Source: a virus
Strand: one strand, 5' to 3'
DNA: 64,000 nt
Virus record (IMG/VR): IMGVR_UViG_3300033148_003055
Coordinates: 1 to 64,000 of that record
The notes under the pieces: generated by a model
What the model was told of the DNA's origin: nothing
The model's database searches: none
What the model saw: the letters and a program-made list of their open reading frames with translations, nothing else
Program-made: the position numbers and the translations under genes
Shown here: positions 53,439 through 62,503 of the stretch, one piece after another
Layout: the number at the start of each line of letters is the position of its first letter
Position numbering within the stretch: position 1 is the first letter of the stretch

Positions 53439-55201
53439 TTCGGCACCTCCACTTCGCGTTTGCGTTCCCAGCTGATGGTCGACAGCTCCGCCTCGATCTC
53501 GAGGGGAACGTCGAACATCGGGAAATCAATCATCAGCACACGGATGTCCTTCAGATACCCCGGCAGGTCGCGGAGCCGGGCCCGTGGGTACTCGATCACG
53601 ATCTCGTCGTGGATCGGGAGCAGGATACGGACCTCACCGCCGGTCGCCTGCTCGTTGTAGCGGTGGACCCGGTTCTGCGCCCGCTTCAGGATACCGGCCG
53701 CCGTCCCCTGGACGTAGTAGTTCGTGCCCATGTAGGCCTTGTCCCTGGGGACGTAGAGCCGGCGGCCGAAGGCGGTCGTTACGTAACCCTGCGCCTTGAC
53801 GATCTCTGAGATCGTATCGCAGAGCCCGGTATACTTCGGGAACCGGGCCCGGTACGCCTGGATGCCGACCCGTGCCGCCTTGCCGGACAGGCCCAGGGTC
53901 ACCGCCAGCTTCCGGTCGGTGGCTCCGTAGGGCGCGGCGAAGTTCGCGTTCTTGGCGGCGGTCCTGAGGGTCTTCCGCATGGCCTTCTTGGCGTCCTTCC
54001 ATCGTCCACCGTAGACGTAGAACTCGGACCCGGCGAGGGAGTGCATGTCCCCGTCGCCGAAGTTGATGCACTTCAGCATCTCGTCGTCCCTCGACTCGTG
54101 GACGAGGATGCGAGCCTCGATGCCGGCGTAGTCGACGTGGATGTTGACGTACCCGGGGCGCGGCATGAATGCCTCGCGGGCCGGGACCGTGAACGGGTTC
54201 AGGAGCACAGAGGACTTCGCCACGTTCTGGAGGTTGGGGTTCTCACAGCTCTGCCGCGAGGTAACCGCCGCGCAGGTGTTGATCGTCGGATGGATGATCG
54301 CGTCGTCCCCAGCGAGCTCGAGGTACTTCTCCAAGGTCGTGGCCCCCTTCGAGAAGGTCCGTATCTTCATAATGAGGTCCAGGGCCGGGTGCGCCGTCTG
54401 CTCCCGGAGTTCCATGAGGACGAACTTGTTCGTCGACGCCTTTCGGTCCTTCTTGGTCAAGGCCAAGACCGGCATCCCCAGGTCCCGGTAGAGGAATTGG
54501 CGTAGCTGCGGTGGGCTGTCGATGTTGAACCGGCGTCCGGCGATGTCGAAGAGATCGTCGCGGAGCGTCTCCGTGTCTGCGCTGAGTACGCGTATCATCT
54601 TCTCGGTCCGCTTGCGGTTGACCATCAGGCCACGCTCTTCCATTCGCATCGTCGCCCAGATGAGTTCGATCTCGGTGTTGTAGCATTCCACCCACCGCGG
54701 GTCGGCCTGAATCTTTGGCCAGAAGAACAGGTACAGGAGCATCCCCCGCTCGGCATCTGCGTGCTGGTACTCGGTCATGATATGCTCGGGGACCTTGTGG
54801 TAACCTCCGCACTTGTTCGCCATCTTCTTGACCGGGGAGTCCACCTTCGGATACTCCGCCAGTTCCCAAGCGAGGTTGTCGAGCGAGTGACCGTAGTGAT
54901 GGTTCTGGAGCAATTTCGACATCATGAGGGTGTCGTGAACGGTGTGCTCGTCGAGCCTGCGCCCTAGCCATTTCTCCGTCATCTGCGCGTCGAACTTGAG
55001 ATTGTGGCAACACTTCGCCACCGACGTGTCGGACCAGAACTTCGCCAGCCTCTTCTTCCCCTGAAGCTGGCGGAGCGGTCGCCCGTCGAGCCGCTGGACG
55101 AATGTTTTCCCATCCTCATCGCACGTGCTGTACGAGAACATCCCGGCGCCATGATGGGCCCGGAGTCCCGTCGTCTCTGTGTCGTAAGCGATGGTCTTCA
55201 T
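53435..55201 (-). CDS. polA: DNA polymerase family A (3'-5' exo + polymerase)
   Basis: DTETTG, HNLKFD, NPNLQN, DYAGIEAR, R..AKNANF..YG, NYYVQGTAA, IHDE. Confidence 0.96.
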   Translation of the reverse strand: MKTIAYDTETTGLRAHHGAGMFSYSTCDEDGKTFVQRLDGRPLRQLQGKKRLAKFWSDTSVAKCCHNLKFDAQMTEKWLGRRLDEHTVHDTLMMSKLLQNHHYGHSLDNLAWELAEYPKVDSPVKKMANKCGGYHKVPEHIMTEYQHADAERGMLLYLFFWPKIQADPRWVECYNTEIELIWATMRMEERGLMVNRKRTEKMIRVLSADTETLRDDLFDIAGRRFNIDSPPQLRQFLYRDLGMPVLALTKKDRKASTNKFVLMELREQTAHPALDLIMKIRTFSKGATTLEKYLELAGDDAIIHPTINTCAAVTSRQSCENPNLQNVAKSSVLLNPFTVPAREAFMPRPGYVNIHVDYAGIEARILVHESRDDEMLKCINFGDGDMHSLAGSEFYVYGGRWKDAKKAMRKTLRTAAKNANFAAPYGATDRKLAVTLGLSGKAARVGIQAYRARFPKYTGLCDTISEIVKAQGYVTTAFGRRLYVPRDKAYMGTNYYVQGTAAGILKRAQNRVHRYNEQATGGEVRILLPIHDEIVIEYPRARLRDLPGYLKDIRVLMIDFPMFDVPLEIEAELSTISWERKREVEVPK

Positions 55202-55224
55202 GTCCTGACTACGCCCCTAATGGT

Positions 55225-55246
55225 GGGGGCGGGGTGTCCCGCCCCC
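55225..55246 (-). terminator. Hairpin closing the TIGR array
   Basis: GGGGGCGGG-N4-CCCGCCCCC 9-bp perfect stem abutting the last repeat; no clear U-tract. Confidence 0.55.
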
Positions 55247-55614
55247 GGTCGCTCTGCAAGTTTGATTCTCTCAGCCCGGATGGCTCGCTCATGAAAGATG
55301 GTTCTCTCTCCGTCCGTGGCTCGCTCGTACGTTATGGTTCTCTCGTAACGTTTGGCTCGCTCTGCGTCGCTGGTTCTCTCCGGCACTTTGGCTCGCTCGA
55401 ACCGCTTGGTTCTCTCACAAAGAATGGCTCGCTCGCGGACTGTGGTTCTCTCGAGGGCGGTGGCTCGCTCTGGCAACGTGGTTCGCTCATGAGCAATGGC
55501 TCGCTCCGGCAACGTGGTTCTCTCCGAAGGTCTGGCTCGCTCTTCAATTCTGGTTCCCTCGACGGTAGTGGCTCGCTCCTTTGCATTGGTTCTCTCAAGA
55601 CAAATGGCTCGATC
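55245..55614 (-). ncRNA. TIGR-like array: ten 36-nt units with alternating repeats and two short spacers
   Basis: GAGCGAGCCA-N8-GAGAGAACCA-N8 repeated with exact 18/36-nt period, immediately downstream of the Nop/IS110-like gene. Confidence 0.9.
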
Positions 55615-55619
55615 TCTCA

Positions 55620-56516
55620 TTACTTTGGCTCGATCACATGCACGTGGTCACCGTGGGCGATCGGGTACGGCAGCGGAACCGGAAGGCCCAACTGCTCTCG
55701 CCCCACCTGCCAGTAGTGCGAGATGAAGAGCTTGACGGCGTACCGCTTCGCCCTCGACTGGATGTGACCCGGGGGCAGCATCGGTGTACCCTCCCCCACC
55801 TCCAGCTTGGTCAGCTTCTTCGCCCAGTCGGAGGGGGCAAGCCCTTCCATCCTGAGGGCCTTCACATCGTCACCGTTGAATCTGGCGGCGTACCACGGGT
55901 GGGCGTCGGTACTCTTGCCAACGCGGTCCGCCCCCGCGGCGGCCTGCTCGGAGTAATCGCCGACCTCGTTCTTGGCCGCCTCGTAAGCCTTCCGCTCCTG
56001 GTAGTACCGGGCGTAGGTGGCCTTGTCATTGTTCGAGACTTTGACGAAGCTCTCCCCGATCTTCCAGCAGAGCACCTTCAGCTTGGCATTCCACGGACGC
56101 TTCTGCCCCTTCGCCCACACGGACGAGGGGTCCAACCCCGCGAACCGCCAGACCGCGCCCGCCGTCTGCGCCTTGTGGATGTCGATATGGGCCAGCAAAC
56201 CGGCGGCGATCACGGGTCCGATCCCGAGCTGCGACCGCGCCCACTCGCCCAGAGGGTTCGATTTGCTGTACTTGTCGAGGGCCTTCTTCACCTCGTTCTC
56301 CAGCAGCCGGGCGTTCTCGCCGAGCCACCCCACGACCGTATGCGGCTCTTCACTCTTGGTGAGAGCCCTGACCTGATTCTCGGCCCGCTTTCGGTTGTCC
56401 TGCATCTGGTAGTAGGAATCGACCAGATACCGAACCTCCTGGGGCGACAGGGTCGTGGCTGCGTTCCGTATGTCCTTGGTCATCTTCTGGGCCGCTTCGA
56501 GTTCTACACTCATCAC
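55620..56516 (-). CDS. tasA: Tas-like Nop-domain RNA-binding protein lacking a nuclease domain (TasA-type)
   Basis: Coiled coil + GIGPVIAAGLLAHID...WRFAGL...WNAKLK...HIQSRAKRYAVKLF (IS110 C-terminal/Nop-like); no DEDD RuvC or HNH; adjacent dual-spacer array. Confidence 0.85.
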   Translation of the reverse strand: MMSVELEAAQKMTKDIRNAATTLSPQEVRYLVDSYYQMQDNRKRAENQVRALTKSEEPHTVVGWLGENARLLENEVKKALDKYSKSNPLGEWARSQLGIGPVIAAGLLAHIDIHKAQTAGAVWRFAGLDPSSVWAKGQKRPWNAKLKVLCWKIGESFVKVSNNDKATYARYYQERKAYEAAKNEVGDYSEQAAAGADRVGKSTDAHPWYAARFNGDDVKALRMEGLAPSDWAKKLTKLEVGEGTPMLPPGHIQSRAKRYAVKLFISHYWQVGREQLGLPVPLPYPIAHGDHVHVIEPK

Positions 56517-56590
56517 ACTCTCCTTTCGAAGCTACGGCTTCGGGGTGGGCGGTGTCCTTAGTCCTGCCCACCCGTCAGCCGCTCCCCTCG

Positions 56591-56899
56591 CTACGTTGAT
56601 GCCCTCACGGCCCTCGACACGGGGCCGTACCATATCGTCGCGATCACCAGCAGGATGATAGCGGGCTCCGCTACGCGGACCCAGTTCTCCATCTGCCGGT
56701 ACGCCTGAATGCGGGCGTACCCGTCCCAGTCGTCCACGAGCTGGGAGACGGCTTCGGTCTGTATCTCGTCAACCTCAGCCCGCAGGATGTGCTGGCCGAG
56801 CGCCGCGACCACGGCCACGAGCGCCGTCGTCAGTAACACCCGAACCCCCAGGCCGAACGGCGAGTCCGTCTTCGGTCTCTCCAGCTCCCCGTAGATCAC
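56591..56899 (-). CDS. Two-TM membrane protein
   Basis: Two hydrophobic segments; GGAGGTG RBS. Confidence 0.6.
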   Translation of the reverse strand: MIYGELERPKTDSPFGLGVRVLLTTALVAVVAALGQHILRAEVDEIQTEAVSQLVDDWDGYARIQAYRQMENWVRVAEPAIILLVIATIWYGPVSRAVRAST

Positions 56900-56956
56900 T
56901 CGTCACCTCCTTCCGACCGGGGGCGTTAGACCTCGCCCCCGGCCTAGCCGCCGTGG

Positions 56957-57847
56957 CTACTTCTTCGTCTTCTTCTTCTTCTTGGACTTCTTCTTCTTCT
57001 TGTCCTTGGCCTTGGGCTTGTCCTTGGACTTCTTCTTCGCCTTGGCCTTCTTCTTGGACTTCGGCTCGGGCTCCGGCTCCGACAGCTTGATGCCGTGCTT
57101 CTCACAGAGCTCGACCTCTTCCTCGACCAGCTCGCTCGAGTCGTACTCGAACTTCTTGAGGCGCTTGACGAGGGACTCGACGTCGTCGTCCTCCTTGACC
57201 TTGGCCTCGAGGGTCTGGGCCAGGGCGATCAGCTCGTCCAGGTCCTCTTCCTCGTCGTCCCCGCCTTCGTCCTCGTCCTCGCCGTCCTCGTCTCCGTCGG
57301 AGTCGTCGCCGTCCTCATCGGCGTCTTCCTCTCCGTCCTCGTCCCCATCGTCGTCGTCCGCGTCCCCGTCCTCTTCGGCATCCTCATCCTCGGGCTCGCC
57401 ATCGTCCTCGCCACCGACCACGGCAGCGTCCCCGTCGAGCAGGCGGGTGATGGTGATGTTGGTGAACCCGTCCTTGCTGGTCTTGACCTTGACCATGACG
57501 ATCGGGTTCGCGTCGGCGATCTCTTCGATGACTTCCTCGAGGTCTGCCATCTGGTCGGGGACCTCGCGGCCGAGCTTCTCGATCCGCTGCATCGCGAACT
57601 TCCTAGCCCAGTCGCTCTCGCTCTCGAGCTGCGAGTAGTCGCGGATGTTCTCCCCGGCCATGTCGCCCTCGAGGCAAACCCATCCCCACTTGATCATGAG
57701 CTTGCTGGTGTTCTGGGACTCGACGAGCTCCGCGTCCTCAAGCTGGAGCTTGTAGATTCCGTCCTCGAACTCGGTGCCGCCCAGCGACTTGCTGGACTCC
57801 CAGTTGCCCTGCATCTTGCCAAGGCGTTTCCCGAAACTGCTACCCAT
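56957..57847 (-). CDS. ssDNA-binding protein-like (DUF669-type OB fold) with acidic tract and Lys-rich tail
   Basis: EDGIYKLQL..AELVES...MIKW.W...EGDMAG; follows AAA ATPase. Confidence 0.7.
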   Translation of the reverse strand: MGSSFGKRLGKMQGNWESSKSLGGTEFEDGIYKLQLEDAELVESQNTSKLMIKWGWVCLEGDMAGENIRDYSQLESESDWARKFAMQRIEKLGREVPDQMADLEEVIEEIADANPIVMVKVKTSKDGFTNITITRLLDGDAAVVGGEDDGEPEDEDAEEDGDADDDDGDEDGEEDADEDGDDSDGDEDGEDEDEGGDDEEEDLDELIALAQTLEAKVKEDDDVESLVKRLKKFEYDSSELVEEEVELCEKHGIKLSEPEPEPKSKKKAKAKKKSKDKPKAKDKKKKKSKKKKKTKK

Positions 57848-57873
57848 TCCCGTATCCTCCTTCTGGTAAATGA

Positions 57874-58860
57874 TTAGAGAGCACGTCGCCCGACCTTCCG
57901 CTTCCCTCCCTCCTTGGATTTCTTCTTGGACTTCCTCCTGGGCCGACGCGCTTCTTCCTTGCCCGCCTTCCTGAAGAACTTCTTCACCACAGAGCTGGCC
58001 GTCGCCGTCGGCACCAGAGTCTTCGGGTCGAGCCCGACGTCCTCCCCGTTGAAGGCGGCCTGCAGAATCTCGAACCCTCCCTCCTTGGTGAGCGGTATGA
58101 ACCGCGGCAGAGGGGCTCCGATCTCCCGGGCGCCCGCCCAGATGACCTCGTCCCCTTCGGTGATGATGACACGCTCCGTCGTCCCTGCGGACGAACGGAT
58201 GTACTCGACGTAGAAGAACAGGTCGACCAGAGCCTCGACGACCCCGCGTGCCTGTCCGCTCATCGTCGGCGTGATCCGGGTGTACTCCTCGCCGCCCTGG
58301 GGTTTGATACTGACCTCCTTGGCGTGCGAGGTGAAGCAGAGACCCCGGCCCGTCTGGAGGATGCGGTGGACCGTCGTCATGAACTCGGACCTGACCGCCG
58401 CCCACCCCTTGCCGTACGCCTCTTCTGACGGGTGGTCGATGCCGAGCTTCTCCCGGCAGATGTACTCCATGCACATGTCGTACGCCCGGTCGACCGTATC
58501 GATGACGACGGTCTTGAACCGGTCCGTCTTCTCCAGGAGATCGACCGCCGCCTTGAGCAGCTTCCAGTTCTTGCACCCACCACTCTCGTGGTTGTACTCG
58601 AATATCTCAAGGCCTTTCGTCCCCGGCTCCGTCGTCAGGAACAGGGTGTCCGGGTACGACGACAGGAACGTCGACTTCCCGATCTTCTCCCGCCCGTAGA
58701 GCAGGAGCGTGTACTGGAGCAGGTCCGTGATCGCCTCCTTCTTCTCGTCCGGCAGCTCCGGGGGCGGTGCCGGCTTCGCGAATTTACGCTTTCCTCCTTT
58801 TGACTTTGCGCTTTTGCTTGGCCGCTTTTTCTCCACCTTCTCCACTGCCATCGTCATCAT
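57874..58860 (-). CDS. AAA_24 / Sak4-like ATPase
   Basis: LLYGREKIGKST, TEPG, VVIDTVD, YGKGW, TSH. Confidence 0.9.
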   Translation of the reverse strand: MMTMAVEKVEKKRPSKSAKSKGGKRKFAKPAPPPELPDEKKEAITDLLQYTLLLYGREKIGKSTFLSSYPDTLFLTTEPGTKGLEIFEYNHESGGCKNWKLLKAAVDLLEKTDRFKTVVIDTVDRAYDMCMEYICREKLGIDHPSEEAYGKGWAAVRSEFMTTVHRILQTGRGLCFTSHAKEVSIKPQGGEEYTRITPTMSGQARGVVEALVDLFFYVEYIRSSAGTTERVIITEGDEVIWAGAREIGAPLPRFIPLTKEGGFEILQAAFNGEDVGLDPKTLVPTATASSVVKKFFRKAGKEEARRPRRKSKKKSKEGGKRKVGRRAL

Positions 58861-59788
58861 CCTCCAATTCGCGGAACAGTTTGCGCGTCTGCGCGAAGCC
58901 TACGTTGTCACCCGATGCACACATGTCCAGGAACTCGCACGACCACATCCCGACGCACGCCTGTCGGCGACGGTAGGTCGGAAGGTCGCCCGCCACCCAG
59001 GCGGCGAAGTCCTTCAGGATCGCCTCGAGCTCGTCCTCGAAGGTCTTCACAACCACCTTCGGGAATGTCAGCTCGAACCGCTTGAAGTAATGGTCGGGAC
59101 GCTCGTAGGCGTCCTTCCGAATACGGGCGATGAACCCGGTCTCGTCCTCCCCCTTCTTCTGCTTGAGCTGCGGGTTGCGGATGATGTTGTACAGCGCCCC
59201 CTTCACCGGGTCGTCCATCATCGCCTTCAGGGCCGTCAAGTAGAAGAGAGTCTGCCAGTCAAACGACAGGGACGACGTGAGGGCGTCCTCGGAGATTCTG
59301 CCCTTGGTCTTCGTCTCCAGCATCCAGACTGACTTCGCCTTCCTGAAAACCCCGTCGATCCTGCCGCGGAGGCGGAACCCACGGAACATCACGTCGAACA
59401 CCGGCTCGACCGCGATCCACTCCCGCTTGATGTCGGAGGTGTGCTCGTTCAGGTACTCCCCCAGGACGGCCCGGGCCCGGTTCGCCTCGAGCTCCATCTC
59501 CTGGGCTTGGTAGGCGTCCGAGCTGCCGACGATGTTCTTCCTCAGGGATTTGGTGATGCTCCGCTCGATCACCCGCTCCAGATTCCCGACGGCTCCCCTC
59601 CCCATCGCCTTGTATAGTTCCTCAAGTGCGGAGTGGACCATCGACCCAAACCGCATCGCCGACTTCGAGCTTGTCTTCTTCTCCCAGCCGGAGAGGGTCA
59701 AGCCCATCCTCTCCCGGCAGTCGAGGAACGCCGCCAGCATAGATTGCGTGGCGCCGTCTTCGATAGTGTACCCGGTCTTCCAAGTCAT
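58784..59788 (-). CDS. PD-(D/E)XK (Cas4/RecB-like) exonuclease
   Basis: C..R, FGSMVHSALE, GRIDG, ETKT, Q..FY, C....CEF..MC. Confidence 0.9.
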   Translation of the reverse strand: MTWKTGYTIEDGATQSMLAAFLDCRERMGLTLSGWEKKTSSKSAMRFGSMVHSALEELYKAMGRGAVGNLERVIERSITKSLRKNIVGSSDAYQAQEMELEANRARAVLGEYLNEHTSDIKREWIAVEPVFDVMFRGFRLRGRIDGVFRKAKSVWMLETKTKGRISEDALTSSLSFDWQTLFYLTALKAMMDDPVKGALYNIIRNPQLKQKKGEDETGFIARIRKDAYERPDHYFKRFELTFPKVVVKTFEDELEAILKDFAAWVAGDLPTYRRRQACVGMWSCEFLDMCASGDNVGFAQTRKLFRELEDDDDGSGEGGEKAAKQKRKVKRRKA

Positions 59789-59805
59789 TCCGTCACCTCC
59801 TTCTC

Positions 59806-60210
59806 TCACCCTACCACATTTCTGGTCCGCCATCCAGCCTGAAAATATCTCGACCCCGCGCAGATGCGGACGCCCTCGCTGCCCTTATCGTACGGAACGT
59901 CCCCCTTGTTGTCTGGCCAAGGCTTGTACGGCATCAGCTTGTCTGGGTCGAACCGACCGCCGAAGTACGACGGGCGCTTCTCCCTGCCGGTCATGGCCGG
60001 GAACACGAACCGCGTCGGGAGCTGGAACGGAAGCTCGAGTTCCCACCGCTCCTCGCACCGGGAGCAGAGGCACTTCGCGATCCCGACTGCCAGCTTGCTC
60101 TGGGAAGAGTACCCGGTCATCGTCACCTCGTAAGACCCGCACTTCGGGCACTTAGCCCGCCAGTCCAGCAGGTGGGCGACCACTATGTCCTTCGGCAGGA
60201 AACTCATCAC
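59806..60210 (-). CDS. Hypothetical zinc-ribbon protein
   Basis: CPKC..CSRC. Confidence 0.55.
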   Translation of the reverse strand: MMSFLPKDIVVAHLLDWRAKCPKCGSYEVTMTGYSSQSKLAVGIAKCLCSRCEERWELELPFQLPTRFVFPAMTGREKRPSYFGGRFDPDKLMPYKPWPDNKGDVPYDKGSEGVRICAGSRYFQAGWRTRNVVG

Positions 60211-60455
60211 CGTGCTCTCATTTCTCGAAGGTTAGCCACCATGTGCCTTCTCTTCACCAAACACGTCATCGACTCCCCGCACCACCAGCCTATCAACGAT
60301 GGCACGCAAAACCCCCTCCCGCTCAGCTGTAACGTCGGCGTGCGGGCGAAGGTCGTGGCGTCGGCATAACTCCCGGTGGATATGGTCTCGCAAGACCTCT
60401 AGCATCGTCTGCACTTCCACGCCGCACCTCCTTCACTTGGTAGCCAACCATGTGC

Positions 60456-60752
60456 CTATTCGTCCTCGACATAGCCGCCGCACTCGGAACACCGCTTCGT
60501 GGACATGTACTCCATGCACCACAGGAACATCGCTAGATTGGCAGTGTCTACGGCCTGGTCTGGGCAGCCGCGCGCAGTGTCCGCAGAATGGTCGAGCAAT
60601 GCCTGTTCGAGAACCTGCTTCCGGGAGGGGTCGTCCCATCCTGACCACCCATCACGCCCCTTTCTCAGCAGCTTGCGCTCCATCTCGCTCCAAAACGCCT
60701 CCATCGCGCGCGTCAGCTTCACTCTCTCGTCCTCTAGTGGTCTTGCCATCAT
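60456..60752 (-). CDS. Hypothetical phage protein
   Basis: MERKL.RKGRDGWSGW...VDTANLAMF motif. Confidence 0.6.
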   Translation of the reverse strand: MMARPLEDERVKLTRAMEAFWSEMERKLLRKGRDGWSGWDDPSRKQVLEQALLDHSADTARGCPDQAVDTANLAMFLWCMEYMSTKRCSECGGYVEDE

Positions 60753-61262
60753 GCCCCCTTGGCGCCATTGCGCCTAAACGATCTGCACTGGTCGCAGTCC
60801 ATGCACCATCCTGCGGATCTTATTTCGCGCCGAGGCCCCGGGCCGCAAGACTTGGGCCTTGTGGCACTAGCCACCCGCGCGGGCGCGGTGCACCGGTATA
60901 TGCCCAGCTTGGTCCTGCGCCGCTTCCTGAACCGGCAGTCGAAACAGCAGCTATTCCGCGACATCACTCCCCCTCGTCTCTCGAAGGTTGCATACCTTAT
61001 GCCTCGCTGTCTATGATCTTGAAGTCGTCTTCCTTGAGCCACCAGCAGAGCGCCCACCGTTTGGCTGCGGACGCCTCAGAGAAGCGGCCCCAGGCCTCGC
61101 CGCTCTCCACGTCCACCACCTCCCACCTCAACGCGGCGGTCCTGTGTTCACGGCAGTAATTCATCGCCCCGCGCCCCTCAGCGAACTCAAACCAGCAGCC
61201 GCAGGGCAGCTTATGACGAACAGCGTTGCCCTCGTGGGCTCCACAACAGTTACAGCGTTCCA

Positions 61263-62195
61263 TCACTCCCCTCCGTTCTGCACGTTTCTGCATGGCTGCA
61301 TGCCTTGTGCCTTTTCACCAAACGGCATATCCATGAACTCCAGCACCTCGCGCAGCCCCAGCTTGTCCATGCAGTACGTCCAGAGCCTGGGGTGCGTCTC
61401 CTTCATGCGCTCAAAGCGGTTAGGACGCCCCTCCATGTGGAGCCCGAAGCAGCAGAACACGCAGCCGGTCCGGCCGTAACCCATGTCGTAGATGTCCGAA
61501 TACGGCACGTTGTTGTCATTGAGGTACTGCCAGACATCATCTTCGAGCCAGAACGACAGCGGCCTAGACAGTGGCGTTTTGGTATCGAAGGCGTTACACC
61601 CAGTAGCGAGGTAGCGTTGCCGACGGTTATTGGAGTCAGACGCCATTTCCCCGGTGATCCCGTGCAGCCCCGACTCCTTCTCGAACTTGTGGAACGGTCG
61701 CTTCTTCATCACCGCACAGCATCCCTCGCCAATCTTGAACGGGGCGTCCAAGAGCCACTTCCACTTCTCGCTTATCTTGCCCTTCGGGCCATTCGGGAAA
61801 CCCCAGAGGCGATAGAACTTCTGCACCTCCGACTTCGTGTTGTTGTACCGGCTGATTGCCATGGCCTGCTCCTTGGACACCACCGGCCACCCGTACTTGT
61901 CTATAACCTCACGGAACCGCATCTTCGGCTTGAGCCAGACGACGTTCTCTGTAGCCCGAACAAACCGCACAACCTCGGGGAACTCCAGCCCGGTGTTGCA
62001 GAACACGGCCGGGACGCGTGGGTAGATACTCCTTACGAGATGGAGTAGCGCAGTAGAGTCCTTCCCGCCAGAGAACGACACGTACACGTCACCCCGCCAA
62101 TGGTCGTGCCATTCGCGGATACGCCGATCCGACATGATAACCTTGCCGTCAAGCGGTTGGCCTTGCCGTTGAGCTAGTGTGGCCCTGCTGATCAT
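61263..62195 (-). CDS. PAPS reductase family protein
   Basis: VSFSGGKDS, NTGLEFPE, CCAVMKK.P, RTGCVFC. Confidence 0.9.
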   Translation of the reverse strand: MISRATLAQRQGQPLDGKVIMSDRRIREWHDHWRGDVYVSFSGGKDSTALLHLVRSIYPRVPAVFCNTGLEFPEVVRFVRATENVVWLKPKMRFREVIDKYGWPVVSKEQAMAISRYNNTKSEVQKFYRLWGFPNGPKGKISEKWKWLLDAPFKIGEGCCAVMKKRPFHKFEKESGLHGITGEMASDSNNRRQRYLATGCNAFDTKTPLSRPLSFWLEDDVWQYLNDNNVPYSDIYDMGYGRTGCVFCCFGLHMEGRPNRFERMKETHPRLWTYCMDKLGLREVLEFMDMPFGEKAQGMQPCRNVQNGGE

Positions 62196-62503
62196 TCACC
62201 CCTCCGTCACATGGTACTTAACCATGTGACTATTCGATCCGCTCCACGGTGATCTTAACGTTGCACTTGTCGCCGCCCTTAAGACCGCACGCTTCCTCAA
62301 GTGCTTGTCCTAGAGGCCCAAGCGCGTCAACGTGAATGCACCACGGCGACGTGAACCCGTGCCATAGACCTACTTGGTTGCACTTGATGCCCAGCCCAAG
62401 CACGAGCCGCCTCTCTCCGCAACTGGCCGCCATTGCGTCCTTGCCAACCTCGGCCTCGAAACTGGTCGCCATCATTCCTCCTTGCCGCTCGATGGTTGCG
62501 TCC

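Noticed and set aside
55245-55614. CRISPR array
   Set aside because: Repeats of 10 nt and spacers of 8-9 nt are far too short, two repeats alternate, and no cas operon is present
55198-55620. 140-aa ERA/ERT repeat ORF (and the plus-strand GSL-repeat and SEP/REP ORFs)
   Set aside because: By-products of an 18-nt-period array: nucleotide repeats are invariant at all codon positions and alternate strictly, which fits RNA repeats rather than a protein; translation cannot be fully excluded
55620-56516. IS110 transposon
   Set aside because: No N-terminal DEDD RuvC domain or catalytic SG motif; the gene sits in the replication operon with a dual-repeat array
56957-57420. Low-complexity TCG/TCC and CTT runs (also 21700-22110) as a DNA repeat element
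   Set aside because: Explained by Asp/Glu- and Lys-rich protein tracts
58784-59788. Cas4 as an adaptation nuclease for the array
   Set aside because: Exonuclease + AAA_24 + SSB is a standard phage recombination trio; nothing in the sequence links it to the array
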